The notes under the pieces are model-generated. The model was not told where the DNA came from, did not search any database, and worked only from the letters and a program-made list of their open reading frames with translations. Shown piece by piece: positions 53,084 through 64,000 of a stretch of DNA of 64,000 nucleotides; positions within the stretch are counted from its first letter, which is position 1; each line of letters opens with the position of its first letter. Source of the stretch: Azolla caroliniana. Lineage: Eukaryota > Plantae > Polypodiophyta. The DNA is taken from positions 31,558,001-31,622,000 of the forward strand of contig JBHGNT010000001.1 in NCBI GenBank assembly GCA_043228905.1. The letters are read 5' to 3'. Both the position numbers and the translations under genes were made by a program.

Positions 53084-54562
53084 TCATCCCATAGGTGGTG
53101 GCGGTGGTCCTTGGTTGTATTCCATGGGCTCTTTTGAATGTAGCCTTTCAAGAAGTATTTCCATTGAATTCATTGATGCCTCGGATCGCTTGCATTCAAC
53201 ATCAAGCTCTTTTCTCTTCAATAGAAGAGATATCCTTTCATTCTCTAGCTTCATCTTCTGATTTTCAAGCTTTTGTCGCTCCAATTCCCTGTTTTTCTTG
53301 TCATTCATCTTTTCCCATTTGAATCTTTGCTTGTGAAGTTCTAAAGTCGCAGTCAAAAGCTTCACTTTCTCCTCCTCCAACTCTATCATGCTCAATCGTG
53401 GTTGTTCAAGGCTCTTTTTCACCCCTGCTGGCATTCTGGACATTTGTTCAATGTCTGGTGGCTCTGAAACCCGAGCCAGTGAGTTTTCAAAAAGTGGACT
53501 TGCATTTCCACCAAGATTTTTCATTGACTTTTTGTGTCTTTCAAGAGGTGAAGGGATGGCCCATGTATGGGAAGAAGAACCCATACCATTTGCCACGTCA
53601 TCCTCATCATAACCATCGTCCCCATCATCATTTCCATCATCAATGTCCTCATCTACATTCTCTTCTTCTTCGTCATCATCATTATCATCATCATCATCAT
53701 CATCAACTCTCTCCTCACCATTTTGATGCCTTGATGTATCTACAAAATCTCGGTTTTGACCTGAATTCACAGCCACATCTACTGGCGGTGTGAAATCAAA
53801 TTCGGTGCCTGGCATTAGCAGAGATCGATCACAACCATTATGATATGCACATATCTCTCTATAGAAGAGTTGTTTTGAACTAAGAATCCTTCGAACATCA
53901 TTCTTTTCCTTTGCGGAAAGATTGTCCATCGAATCCAAAAGGCTCGGATCTTCAACCACACAACATGCTATGCCCTTACCCAAAATATCATTCAATCGCT
54001 TATACCTTTTGTTTAGGTCATTAAATTTGTCTTCACATTGCTGTGGAGAGACAGAACATCCTCGCTCATTCATAGCACGAGAGACTGATCTCCATTTCCC
54101 TTTCTTAAGTAAAATACCTGCCTTCTTTTTATTGTTATCAGGATCATTTGTGCCATCCTCACCGACAAGCACAACTACGAGGATCAATAGTTTGACCATA
54201 GAATCTGTCCATTTCACACGTTGCCAAGGAGAGCTATTTTTACTCTTTCCACACCCACCAAGAAGCCAATCTCCCTCTTCAGTAAAGCTTCGTTCATCTT
54301 CATCACTCGATAATTTCCCTTTGAAATTACCTTTCAGGTTATGTCGATGATCAAAAACCAATGGGTGATCGGGTTCGAGATTCACATTCAAATGATGATG
54401 TTGTTGTTGGGTGGTCGATAATGGGGCCATACCTTGCAAATGGTGTGAAACCATAGATGGTGGATGATGTTGGAGAGGCGGATCTACTAGATCTAGATCT
54501 AATTCTGATGTTGATAGGATTGGTCCACCCATTATACTTCCGTCCATGTCTCTATTGAACAT
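53084..54562 (-). CDS. Trihelix transcription factor, GT-gamma clade; single coding exon
   Basis: WQRVKWTDSMVKLLI..KKGKWRSVSRAM..VSPQQCEDKFNDLNKRYKRLNDILGKG..LFYREICAYHN, an acidic tract, and a C-terminal coiled coil (QRFKWEKMNDKKNRELERQKLENQKMKLENER). The start is moved to ATG 54562 because an acceptor (TTTTGTAG) ends at 54586. Confidence 0.92.
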   Translation of the reverse strand: MFNRDMDGSIMGGPILSTSELDLDLVDPPLQHHPPSMVSHHLQGMAPLSTTQQQHHHLNVNLEPDHPLVFDHRHNLKGNFKGKLSSDEDERSFTEEGDWLLGGCGKSKNSSPWQRVKWTDSMVKLLILVVVLVGEDGTNDPDNNKKKAGILLKKGKWRSVSRAMNERGCSVSPQQCEDKFNDLNKRYKRLNDILGKGIACCVVEDPSLLDSMDNLSAKEKNDVRRILSSKQLFYREICAYHNGCDRSLLMPGTEFDFTPPVDVAVNSGQNRDFVDTSRHQNGEERVDDDDDDDNDDDEEEENVDEDIDDGNDDGDDGYDEDDVANGMGSSSHTWAIPSPLERHKKSMKNLGGNASPLFENSLARVSEPPDIEQMSRMPAGVKKSLEQPRLSMIELEEEKVKLLTATLELHKQRFKWEKMNDKKNRELERQKLENQKMKLENERISLLLKRKELDVECKRSEASMNSMEILLERLHSKEPMEYNQGPPPPPMG

Positions 54563-55500
54563 TAAGATTCTTGTCCATGCATCATCTACAAAAAAACATA
54601 TGGCAAAAAAGAAATGTAAATAATGGACAAATAATGAAATATCACCAAAATACAATATTTGTTAACACGCATCATTGGCAGCAACAAAAACATTTAACAA
54701 AATGAATGGAGTAAAGATGTCAAGTTTTGGTGGTTCAAAAACTTCAACATATGGTTTAAAATTTAAGGTGCTATCAAATAATAGTAAAACGCTTCAATTT
54801 CAGATTTAGATACTTAGAGAATAATGTTTCTAAAGTTTAATTTGTTGTGCAAAGGTATCCAAAATTTGATGATTATTGAACTCCTAGCACCATTAAACAT
54901 GTGGTGTAAAATTTAGTTACTACCATGTTGATATCAAATCATTGGACAAATACTCAAAATTAATGTGTAATGGTGTGAAATCTCTTTAGTGTAAGCTGAC
55001 ATTTCTTAATGAACAAACCATCAGAAAACGTTTTTTACCCTAACCTGATGGTTTCATCATCATTAATCCGGGCATACATCTTTCATTTTTAATAAGTCAA
55101 TAAATTATTTATTTGTTTTTTAACTAGACTTTTTCAAGTCACTTTCTTGAAATAGAGATCAAATCATCACATAGTATAGCAGAATAAAACCCAAATCAGC
55201 AACGATTTTATACTTGCAAATATGTAATAGTAATAGAAAAATATCCACATAATCACTAGATCTAAACGTTCTAGCTTTTTTGCCATCAGGGAAAAACAAA
55301 ATTTATTATCTTCCCCCTGTTTTCTTGAATTTTACAAAAAATCGAGTTTTTTTTGCCTTCTTACCCGATTATTGATCTGCGGACGAACCCATTTTGATGG
55401 CGCGATCGAGAAGAAAAAGTAAATGTAAGAAGTCTTCAATGATTCATCGAACTAGTAACCATTTCCGAAAGAGCCCGAAAGCAAAAAATAAACCCTAACT
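54562..55500 (-). promoter_or_regulatory. Putative spliced 5' leader of GT-gamma gene with three short uORFs and a telo-box
   Basis: Donor GG|GTAAG at 55364. uORFs at 55462-55436, 55392-55369 and 54585-54562; AAACCCTAA at about 55490. Confidence 0.55.
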
Positions 55501-55895
55501 TTCCCAAGCAAGTGGGTGTTAATTCAATACAATCTGAAAGGAACGAAATGCCCACATCCAAAAAAGTAAAAGCATACAAGATGAATTTCTTGGGTTGGGT
55601 TAAAAGAAGTTCAGAGGGGTGGCCTACTGTGCTTTCGAATGGGCGGACAAATACTTATGATCAGTCAATATTCGTGAGAGCATATGTGTCTCCTAGGTCG
55701 AGACTTGAAGTCAAGGAATAGTTTCGGGATATACATACTCACTTTCGCCTCAATGAATGGATGGAATTAGATGTCTTTGATTAAAGGTTTGTTTGATGTC
55801 AGCACATGTTATTTCTAGAGTTTGTTTATCGCGTCTTGGGTTCATTAGATGAAGTAATCCTTTGATTCAACTTGTCCTTCGCAAGTGTAAAAAGG

Positions 55896-56336
55896 TGTTG
55901 AGCGAGCAAGCTCAACGTGGGCCAGATCGGACGAAGACCGGACCGGAGAACCGGATCATTATCTGGAACGGATAGCCGGATTGGAGGGTGTCTGGAACGG
56001 TATCCGGATTTGTGTGTAACTAGTAGGCCATTAGAGGCCTACAACCCTAGTCTAGTAGATAGGCATATATTTTGGGAGTTTGTGTCATCGCTCAGTACAA
56101 GCATTGAAGTACATATTTATCAGTCCTTTTTAGGACTTGTATAAAAAGTGCTCTGTAGCCCATTTGATTGTACAGATTATTGAGTGTTATTTTCGAAATA
56201 GACATTGTGTTCTGCTCTCTTCGTGTCTCTCCCGCGTACTCTCTGTGTATTTCCAAGCTTTCCATTAAACAATATTCTCTGTTGTTATCCGGCTGAGTTG
56301 GTTGTGTCTACAAGCTTCTGCACGCTACTCTTAACA
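55896..56336 (+). mobile_element. Solo LTR (441 bp) related to the copia family at 11089-17564
   Basis: TGTTGA..TTAACA ends with 5-bp TSD AAAGG. Shares TGTTGAGCG..CAAGCTCAA, AGCATTGAAGTACA, GGACTTGTATAAAA and TGTTCTGCTCTCT with the reverse complement of that element's LTRs. Confidence 0.9.
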
Positions 56337-58555
56337 AAAGGTCAAGAGTATTGAGCTATATTGTTAAACCATGGATGTAGGTTTTATTCCCCTAAATGGT
56401 GTTGAACAAGTGACACAATTTCATTTGTCCAATTGCATGAAAGGAGCCTATGATCCACTTCTAACAGGGAGGGCAAAAGTTTCAAGCATGAACACCATCT
56501 ACCACTCTAGAATTTTGCAATAACTAGCAATTTGAGAGAACATTTCGCAATGTCTTTGAAATAATTGGTTTAAAGATGATCATTTTTATGTTTGTTTCCA
56601 CTGGGTCAAGCAAAAAGAACTTGCCTTGCTAAATTGCATGGATGTATTAAAATTGTTTATTCCACATGGATACATGAATTCAATCACTTTCAGAAGTTGC
56701 GTAAAGTCAATCAATGTTATAATGGAAAAATTAAGTTGGTATCCAGACATCTTCACACTTCTTTTTGACGTTATTAAGAGCAACGAGCAAGTGGTTTTGT
56801 CTACCGCTTGGATTTGAGGTCACGTAATTTGTGAAATTTTGTTAATGTGTACTCCTAAAGCAACCTATCGTTGCAAGTGACTTCTTGTATAATTGCAAGA
56901 TCTTCATCATGAGAAACTTTTGCTGTGAAGATTTTTTTTTTGTGAACTTGTTAAATGAAATTTAGGCCATATCTACAACAACTTGTTGAAACAAAACAAA
57001 AGCTTGCAGGGCATCATGCATCAACAAATAAAAATGGTGTTGGATGGGTTGTTACCCTATAGTGTCAAAACTCAAAAGTGATGAAAGTTGAAAAGCACTA
57101 CATAGACTAATGTTAAAATTTCTCACATTTCACAATCAAGTTTTTTGCACAAAACATGGAATGGACATATTAAAACGAGTGAAAGTGTTCTAAAATAAAG
57201 GCATTAATGGCTCTGGTTGTTGTCTATCCCAATACATGACAACTTTATTTATTAAGTTTATTACAAGGGCATTGTATACTTAGTGACCTTATTACAATTG
57301 CAAATTGATTGGCTCCTCATTTTGCACCAGCGGTTGGATTCATGGCTTTACTAATTTGTTGTATTTATTGGTCTAAAAGATTAAAGAAGATAGATTTTAA
57401 GACTTCATAGTTGATACCATTTTTTCTTTGGCAGCACAACATCGGAATTTGTAAATGGTTAATAGTTTATGTGTATTTACCATATTTTCCAAATTTAGGT
57501 TTATTTTCTTTACTCTTCATAATATAGATCATGATGTTCTAAATGTCTTATTTAGTGCTGGTGTTTCAAGGCAAGATTTTGTTTTAATGTGCCACGTCAA
57601 GTAGTTAGAACTAACATTGCAATTTGCATCTAGTGGAAAAGATGAATGCTAGTACTTTAATTTAACATGTTTTCACGAGAGACTATCATAATAGGAAAGG
57701 ACAACGCTTATGCTAACACACTTATTGAGACAAATAGTCGGGGTCGTCATGGTGAAATGATTAGATCCTCGGTCCTATCATGTTGATCTTCGAGATTAGT
57801 GCAATGATTCATAGGGCCAAATGGGGGCATACCATAGAGAAAAGTGTCCCATGTAGGAGCATTATAAACCATGACTTGCCTTGTAAATTACTAATGAAAG
57901 TATATTGTTGAAGAAAGGAAGAGTTGAATCTAAAGGATCGCCTTTCCAATAAAGGTTGAAAATCATGCATCATTGTTTGATGGTGCATGCCAAGACAATT
58001 GTTTAATGCGTACCTCAACATTTATCCCAAAAGAAGAATATACTGCGTACCTCAACATTTACATAATCAACACTTTCGACAAGAATAGCTCATTATGTGA
58101 TTCATATATGTGTGTGATTCAACTAACTCCATACATGTGTATATGATGCATATTAGAATGTATAATCATGTTACATAATGGTGTCTACAACAAACAAGTT
58201 CCAAACCTCTTTTTTTTGGAGGATTCATTAAACTATGCAAAACAACTTGATGTAGTCTCTGTGAAGTTGAGTAGTGACCCTCATTGTCTGAGATTTTTCA
58301 CCAATGAATATTACACTTTGCACGTTGCAAGATACTAGAGAAATTTGTGCATGGATGAGATGGGATCTGGCCAGGGGTGGAAAGCAAGCTCGGACGTGAT
58401 CGAAGGTGGAATGCCACGACAAATGTTGGTACTACTTAACCACGTGGGACGTGCCGGTTCATGACAATACATATAAGCAAAGTCAACGAGTGACCTCGGC
58501 ATGCACATTTAGTGCCTCGTTTCACAAGTAAATAATGAAGAACATGTTTAAAAAA

Positions 58556-58782
58556 CCTGAAGCTTTAGGCATACATATATATGTCCGAAGCCCGTCCATT
58601 CAAGACCCAAAGACCCAAAGACCCAAAGACCCAAAGACCCAAAGACCCAAAGACCCAAAGGCCAAGACCCGAAGCTTTAGGCATACATACATATGTCCGA
58701 AGCCCGTCCATTCAAGTCCCAAAGACCCAAAGACCCAAAGGTCAAGACCGAGAGTCCTTGGACCTAGACCTAGACCTAGACC
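58556..58782. repeat. Nested minisatellite: ~113-bp duplication carrying (AAGACCCA)7 and a shorter array, followed by (GACCTA)n
   Basis: Directly visible repeats upstream of CDC20. Confidence 0.9.
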
Positions 58783-58843
58783 AAACACACCGCCATTCAC
58801 GAAGAGTAATAAATCTTCTTTTGAATTTCGTCTCTTCTTCTAG

Positions 58844-58853
58844 TGACCGTTAG
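58844..58853 (-). promoter_or_regulatory. MSA (mitosis-specific activator, MYB3R) element
   Basis: CTAACGGTCA on - strand fits the YCYAACGGYY consensus and lies upstream of a G2/M gene; TTTGAA nearby at about 58820. Confidence 0.6.
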
Positions 58854-59328
58854 TTGTTGGGGCGTTTTCCTCCCAAAAACGTTGTCCGCTCTCTTCCCCC
58901 CCTTCTCTCTATCACATCATTTCTTCGTCTTCCTCCTCCCTGTCTTCTGCTTCCTTCGCCTCCTCCGTTTTGCTCACAGAAAGCTCAACAATCTCTGTCT
59001 CTGTCTCTCTCTCTCTGCATCGATTTGCAGAACCCGTTCCAATATTCAATCAGCTCTCCCTCCCCCCCCCCCCCCCCCCCCCCAGGGAATCATTCCTACG
59101 AGATCATCTTCGTTAACTTTTCTATCATAGATCGTTGTTTGTTTTTTACGCGCTCTGTACTTTCTTTCTTGTCCAGGGCTTACAACCTCTGGCCCCTTCA
59201 GCGGTTTTATCTGCTGCTCTTTAGGGTTCCACAGGTCTTTGTTCTCGAGCTAACTCCTCGTTCCGAGGAACAAGTTATTGTTTTCTGTTTTTTGTTGTTG
59301 CATTTTGTTAAGCAGTTAATATACAGCT

Positions 59329-62300
59329 ATGGACACGCCTCGCAACGTGAGGAAAGCTCTCAAAGATCGTGAATCTTCTTCAGATATGGCGGCGAGAGGG
59401 AAGACGCATAATGTGGTAAGCAAACGGCAAAAGATAAATCTCGATTGTTATTCATCTGTAATTCCCTCCGTATTCCTAATCTTAGCCCTTCTCCCAATCC
59501 TTCATAAAATTATGACCAGAACAGAAAGAAAGATACTGTTCTAGCTATGTTATTTCCAACCCTAACCCTAACGTGCCAGATAAGCGAACGGCAAAAGAAA
59601 AATGTCGATTGTTATTCCTCTGTAATTCTTCCTCGGTACTCCTAATCTTAACCCTTATCCTAATCCTTCATAAAATTATCACCAAAACAGAAAGAAAGAT
59701 ACTGTTCTAGCTATGTTATTTCTAGCCATAACCCTAACGTGCCAGATATTGGATAGAAAATATATTGCTTTGTGAAATTTCCTCCTAATCTTGTAACCCT
59801 AGCCCTAACCTAAAACCATTTGCTTTCATAAAAAATGACTTCTTTTCCTGGATGAAGATCTATGATCTAAGATTGGCATGCTTTTCTTTACAGGGATGCC
59901 GTTTCATCACATCTCGCACCTCCATGGATTTTGAAATCGCAAATTATATGCTTGCCAAGGAAAATCTTCATAATGAGCAGCCTGTCCTAAACGTAAGTCA
60001 TTTTCTGTCTGCATAACCATTGCTTGTCCGCTAAAGTTTTCTTCTCTTGTTTAAACCATTCATTCTCTGCAGAAAATTCCTTTCACTCTTCATGTTATAG
60101 GAATGATCTCAGAGTCGCAATTTTTTAAATCAAACTGTCCATTCTCTTCTAAAGAAAAATTTATCTGCTCAATCTTCAACGTGTTTGCCTTAACTTCCCT
60201 TTTCCTTATAAAAGTCGACACTATGGTTCAATCGAAAACGTTTCCCACATTTGTTCATTTATCAAGGTCCATATTTGTTCATTTATTAAGCCATTCTTTC
60301 TTTGTGAAATGTTCCTTTCACTCTTTGTGTTATACGAACTATCTCAGAGTCGCCATTTTTTAAATGAAACTGTCTATTCTCCTATAAAGAAATTTTTTAT
60401 CTGCTCAATCTTCAATGTGTTTGTCTTAACATCCCTTTTCCTTATAAAAGTCGACATTATGGTGCAATTGAAAACGTTTCCCACATTTGTTCCTTTATCA
60501 AGGTCCACATTTCTTCATTTATTAAACCATTCTTTCTTTGCGAAAAGTTCCTTTCACTCTGTGTTATACAAATTATCTCAGAGTCGCCATTTTCTAAATA
60601 AAACTGTCCATTCTCTTCTAAAGGAATTTTTTATCTGCTCAATCTTCAATGTGTTTGCTTTAACATCCCTTTTACTTATAAAAATCGACATTATGGCGCA
60701 ATATTAACGTTTTCCACATTTGTTCATTTATTAAGGTTCATTTCAATTTTTTTCTCGCATGTGAATTGTTCTTTCTCAACGTAATACAGTTTCCAAGCTT
60801 CGCCTTTTAGATTACCATTCTCATCTTGTTCTATTGTTTTGCAGGAAGAGTACAGAAAACAATTGGCTGGGAATCTTCTGAAAGACAGTAATATTATGAG
60901 CAAAAACAGCAGGATTCTAGCATTCAAAAACAAGCCTCCTCCTCCTCCTGAGGGATTTGAAAGAAACGCCAGGATGCTGTATTCTGAGAATGCACAGGCT
61001 GCGGGAGTAAAACGAAGCAAAATCTTCCGCCATATCCCACAGGTAAATACAATCGCTTCTTCTGTCTGTTATCCTTATACGACCCAATGCTATTTTTATA
61101 GAACGTACACAAGTGGTTAGGATGGACTATGTATCGAACGAATGGATCCTTCTGGTTTACAGTAGATCCTTACAGAAGTGAATGCTCTAGAATGAACTAG
61201 GATAGAGTATTTAAATGTATAGGTCTAATAATTATTACCCGTACTTTTAGAAAGGGCATTTTTGCCCTCATTCAGGAATAACGTTAATGATTGATTTGTA
61301 AAAATAGCCTGCCATAATTTGTTATGTAGAAATAGTGTTGTTCCAATCATCCAAATGAATCGTTAACAGCAACGATATATTAAGTAGGTTATAAAATTTG
61401 AGTGGTTTATTTACGGAGATAAATGAACCAGGATTTTTTCTCCACTAGTTCCTATTCGAAATGGTGTTTTACATTCAATCAGCAGGGTTTTATGACTAGA
61501 CTAGACCAGTCAATTAAATTGACCAGGATTTCTTGCTGTCTTCTGGATTAATAGTTCCATTCAATCAACAACGATAAAATAATCGAAGTTTCTGTCGTTA
61601 AACCAGTATATATTTTCTGGATGTTAGACCCTCTCAACCTAAATTTGGGAATTTTTTACTTTATGAACTTGGACTGAATTATCTTTTTGTGATATACAGT
61701 CTGCTGAAAGAACTCTGGATGCTCCGGAATTGCTTGATGATTACTATTTGAATCTATTGGACTGGAGCTCAAAGAATGTTGTGGCTATTGCACTTGGAAA
61801 TACAGTATACTTATGGCATGCCGCTTCTGGTGCAATTGAGGAGTTGATGCAAGTTAGTCAAGACGATGGTCCAGTCACGAGTTTGAGCTGGGGACCAGAT
61901 GGAAAACACATTGGAATCGGATTGGACAATGGTGAAGTTCAGCTGTGGGATTCCACATCTCTTTCCAAGATAAGAACTATGAAAGGGCATACAGCCAGAG
62001 TTGGAAGTCTTGCTTGGAATGGTGGACCTATCCTGAGTTCGGGAAGTCGAGATACTTGCATTTTCAATCATGATGGTAAGCCTACATTCTTGCTGTCTAT
62101 ATATACAACGCACCAACAATGTATTTCTTGCCGTCTATATATACATATCCTAATCATATGTTTGTATTCAATCATACGACAACATCATCTTAGTGTACTT
62201 ATATTGTAATAAATGCAATGCAGTGAGAATCAGAGATCATGTTATCATTAAATTGCGAGCGCACGATCAAGAGGTTTGTGGATTGAAATGGTCCCTATCT

Positions 62301-63084
62301 GGCCAACAGCTTGCAAGTGGAGGAAACGATAACCTTTTACACATATGGGATGTCTCTATGCTGCATAATGGTACAGCAAGCACTTACCTTCATCGATTCA
62401 ATGATCACCAAGCAGCAGTCAAAGCATTGGCATGGTGTCCATTCCAAAACAATTTATTGGCATCAGGTGGTGGGACAGCTGATAGATGTATTAAGTTCTG
62501 GAATACACAGAATGGTGTTTGTTTAAATAGCGTGGACACAAACTCTCAAGTATGTGCTTTGCAATGGAGCAAGCATGAAAAAGAGCTTCTAAGCTCTCAT
62601 GGATTCAGTCAAAATCAGCTCTGCCTCTGGAGATACCCGTCATTGGTGAAGATGGCAGAATTAAGAGGCCATACATCAAGGGTTTTGCATTTGGCTCAGG
62701 TAATTTTGAAATATAGAAAGAAACCCTACATTGTGTTTTCCATTTCCCTAGCATTTGGGGAAGCCAATGAAAACATTGAGGCAGAGTCTCGTTTGTTATT
62801 CATTGATTTCATGTTGGCAGAATAAATTTATATTTTTTACTAGAACAACGCACATAGTAGAACTCTGTTCTGGTTGCATATGCTTATACTTAACATGTCC
62901 TTTTCTATGGCGTTTTATACAGAGTCCAGATGGATATACTGTTGCATCGGCGGCTGGTGATGAAACCTTGAGATTTTGGCAGGTTTTTGGAATTCCGGAG
63001 AACAACTCCAAACATCTTATGAGAACAAAGACTACACAGTCCAGTTGTGGTATTGGCAGCAGTAGCTGCACTATGATTCGATAG
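59329..63084 (+). CDS. CDC20: Cell division cycle 20 (APC/C co-activator, fizzy WD40); exons 59329-59415, 59894-59992, 60845-61042, 61700-62075, 62224-62699, 62923-63084
   Basis: KEN, RILAFK (MAD2-binding/KILR), [71 protein letters not shown] and a C-terminal IR tail. All introns are GT-AG and in phase. Confidence 0.95.
59417..59748. repeat. Tandem duplication (~165 bp) in CDC20 intron 1
   Basis: TAAGC(A/G)AACGGCAAAAGA..ACAGAAAGAAAGATACTGTTCTAGCTATGTTATTTC..CCCTAACGTGCCAGAT occurs twice. Confidence 0.9.
60072..60740. repeat. Tandem triplication (~237-bp unit) in CDC20 intron 2
   Basis: ATCTCAGAGTCGC, TTATCTGCTCAATCTTCAA and CTTATAAAA(G/A)TCGACA each recur three times. Confidence 0.9.
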
Positions 63085-63373
63085 ATTCATTTCAGCATCG
63101 TGATTATAATATGCTGTCACAGAGAAAATCCAATCAATTCTCTCCCTCTTCAGTTTACCAAAATGGTGGAAAATGGTAACCATGTGAATATGTTGCACAG
63201 ATCATTTGACCCTCATTAACAGCTAAAGTGATGGAATCTGTGACCAATAATTGTAGAGTAGTGAAGTCGAGCTATGCTATGGTATATTTTCATCTTCTCA
63301 AAGAACAATCAGGTATGTATTTATTTCAGTTAACTTGAAATATGAAAATATAAGTACTCTATTCTATTTAATT

Positions 63374-64000
63374 TTCTTTTGCATAATAAAAACTACCCTC
63401 GGTAAATTGTTGGGTAGTTAAGTGCGGAGCTGTGCTTGGACATTGTTATTATCTCAAGGACAAATCAGGTATGTCTGTAGTGTTATTTTTGTTTCTTTCT
63501 GTACACATCAAATGGAGGTTACAATTCTGTTTTTATTTTTTTGCATAATAAATAAAACCTGCCCTAGTAGAGTATTCTTTTTGTGCACAAAAAATATGCT
63601 GTGGGATCAGCTCTGTAAACATGAAGAGCAAGCACCTTCTTTTTGCACAATAAAACCCTGCCCTTTGGACGGCGTTTTTAAACGCCAACAAGTTTGTGGG
63701 ATTTACAGTCTTTTCCGTATGGTCTGGCAACCATCTATTTTCTTCTATCATAAAGTCAGCATCTTTTTAAATGGCTCAATTGTTATTATTACCAAGGCAT
63801 TACAAAGTGTTTTGCTAGAATGTTAATTTTCAATTATTTAACCTGAAAATATATTTTGTTTTGCATAATTGTTTGGTAGTGGTAAGAGCTGTGTGGACAT
63901 TGTTCTTGTCTCAAAGACAAATCGGGTATGTATGTGTTGTATTTTGTTTCTTTCTGTACACTTAGAAATGTAGGTATACAGATCTGTTTCTTTTTTTTGC
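63374..64000. repeat. Degenerate direct repeats downstream of CDC20, running off the window edge
   Basis: GAGCTGTG..GGACATTGTT..TCTCAA..GACAAATC..GGTATGT..TTTCTGTACAC occurs twice; TTTGCA(T/C)AAT recurs. Confidence 0.75.

Noticed and set aside
54563-54655. N-terminal extension MYFGDISLFVHY.. of the 523-aa ORF
   Set aside because: It starts at a non-ATG codon and runs through a polypyrimidine tract and acceptor, so it is intron and leader sequence.
58535-58853. ORFs with QRPKDPKT repeats; superficially CRISPR- or telomere-like array
   Set aside because: Translation of an 8-bp minisatellite. There are no unique spacers or cas genes, and the unit is not TTTAGGG.
60103-60707. Hydrophobic repeat ORFs inside CDC20
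   Set aside because: They are products of the intronic tandem triplication in T-rich DNA.

Overview
Gene-dense land-plant nuclear DNA with spliced genes; a seed-free plant such as a fern is inferred from the retroelement proteins, not proven. Eight host genes are supported: a GT-2-like trihelix TF (+), a two-RRM Lys/acidic RNA-binding protein (-), an AWPM-19-like membrane protein (+), an importin-beta SAD2/IPO7-like gene (+), an intronless orphan membrane protein (+), a bHLH-ACT TF (-), a GT-gamma trihelix TF (-) and CDC20 (+). Mobile DNA comprises a decayed full-length Ty1/copia with a foreign solo LTR nested in one LTR, a very young RT-less copia with identical LTRs just 3' of SAD2, a related copia solo LTR, a hAT-type MITE, a 5'-truncated L1-like LINE inserted into a relative's tail, and a ~19-bp LINE-tail micro-insertion. 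The most notable observations are the young gag-protease-only copia with a microhomology deletion, a CDC20 with a degenerate C-box (CRFITSR), a tandemly duplicated symmetric exon, a copia 3' extension bracketed by two PPT-like motifs, and a multi-uORF leader on the GT-gamma gene. No rRNA, tRNA or CRISPR was seen. All calls were made by eye, without database searches.
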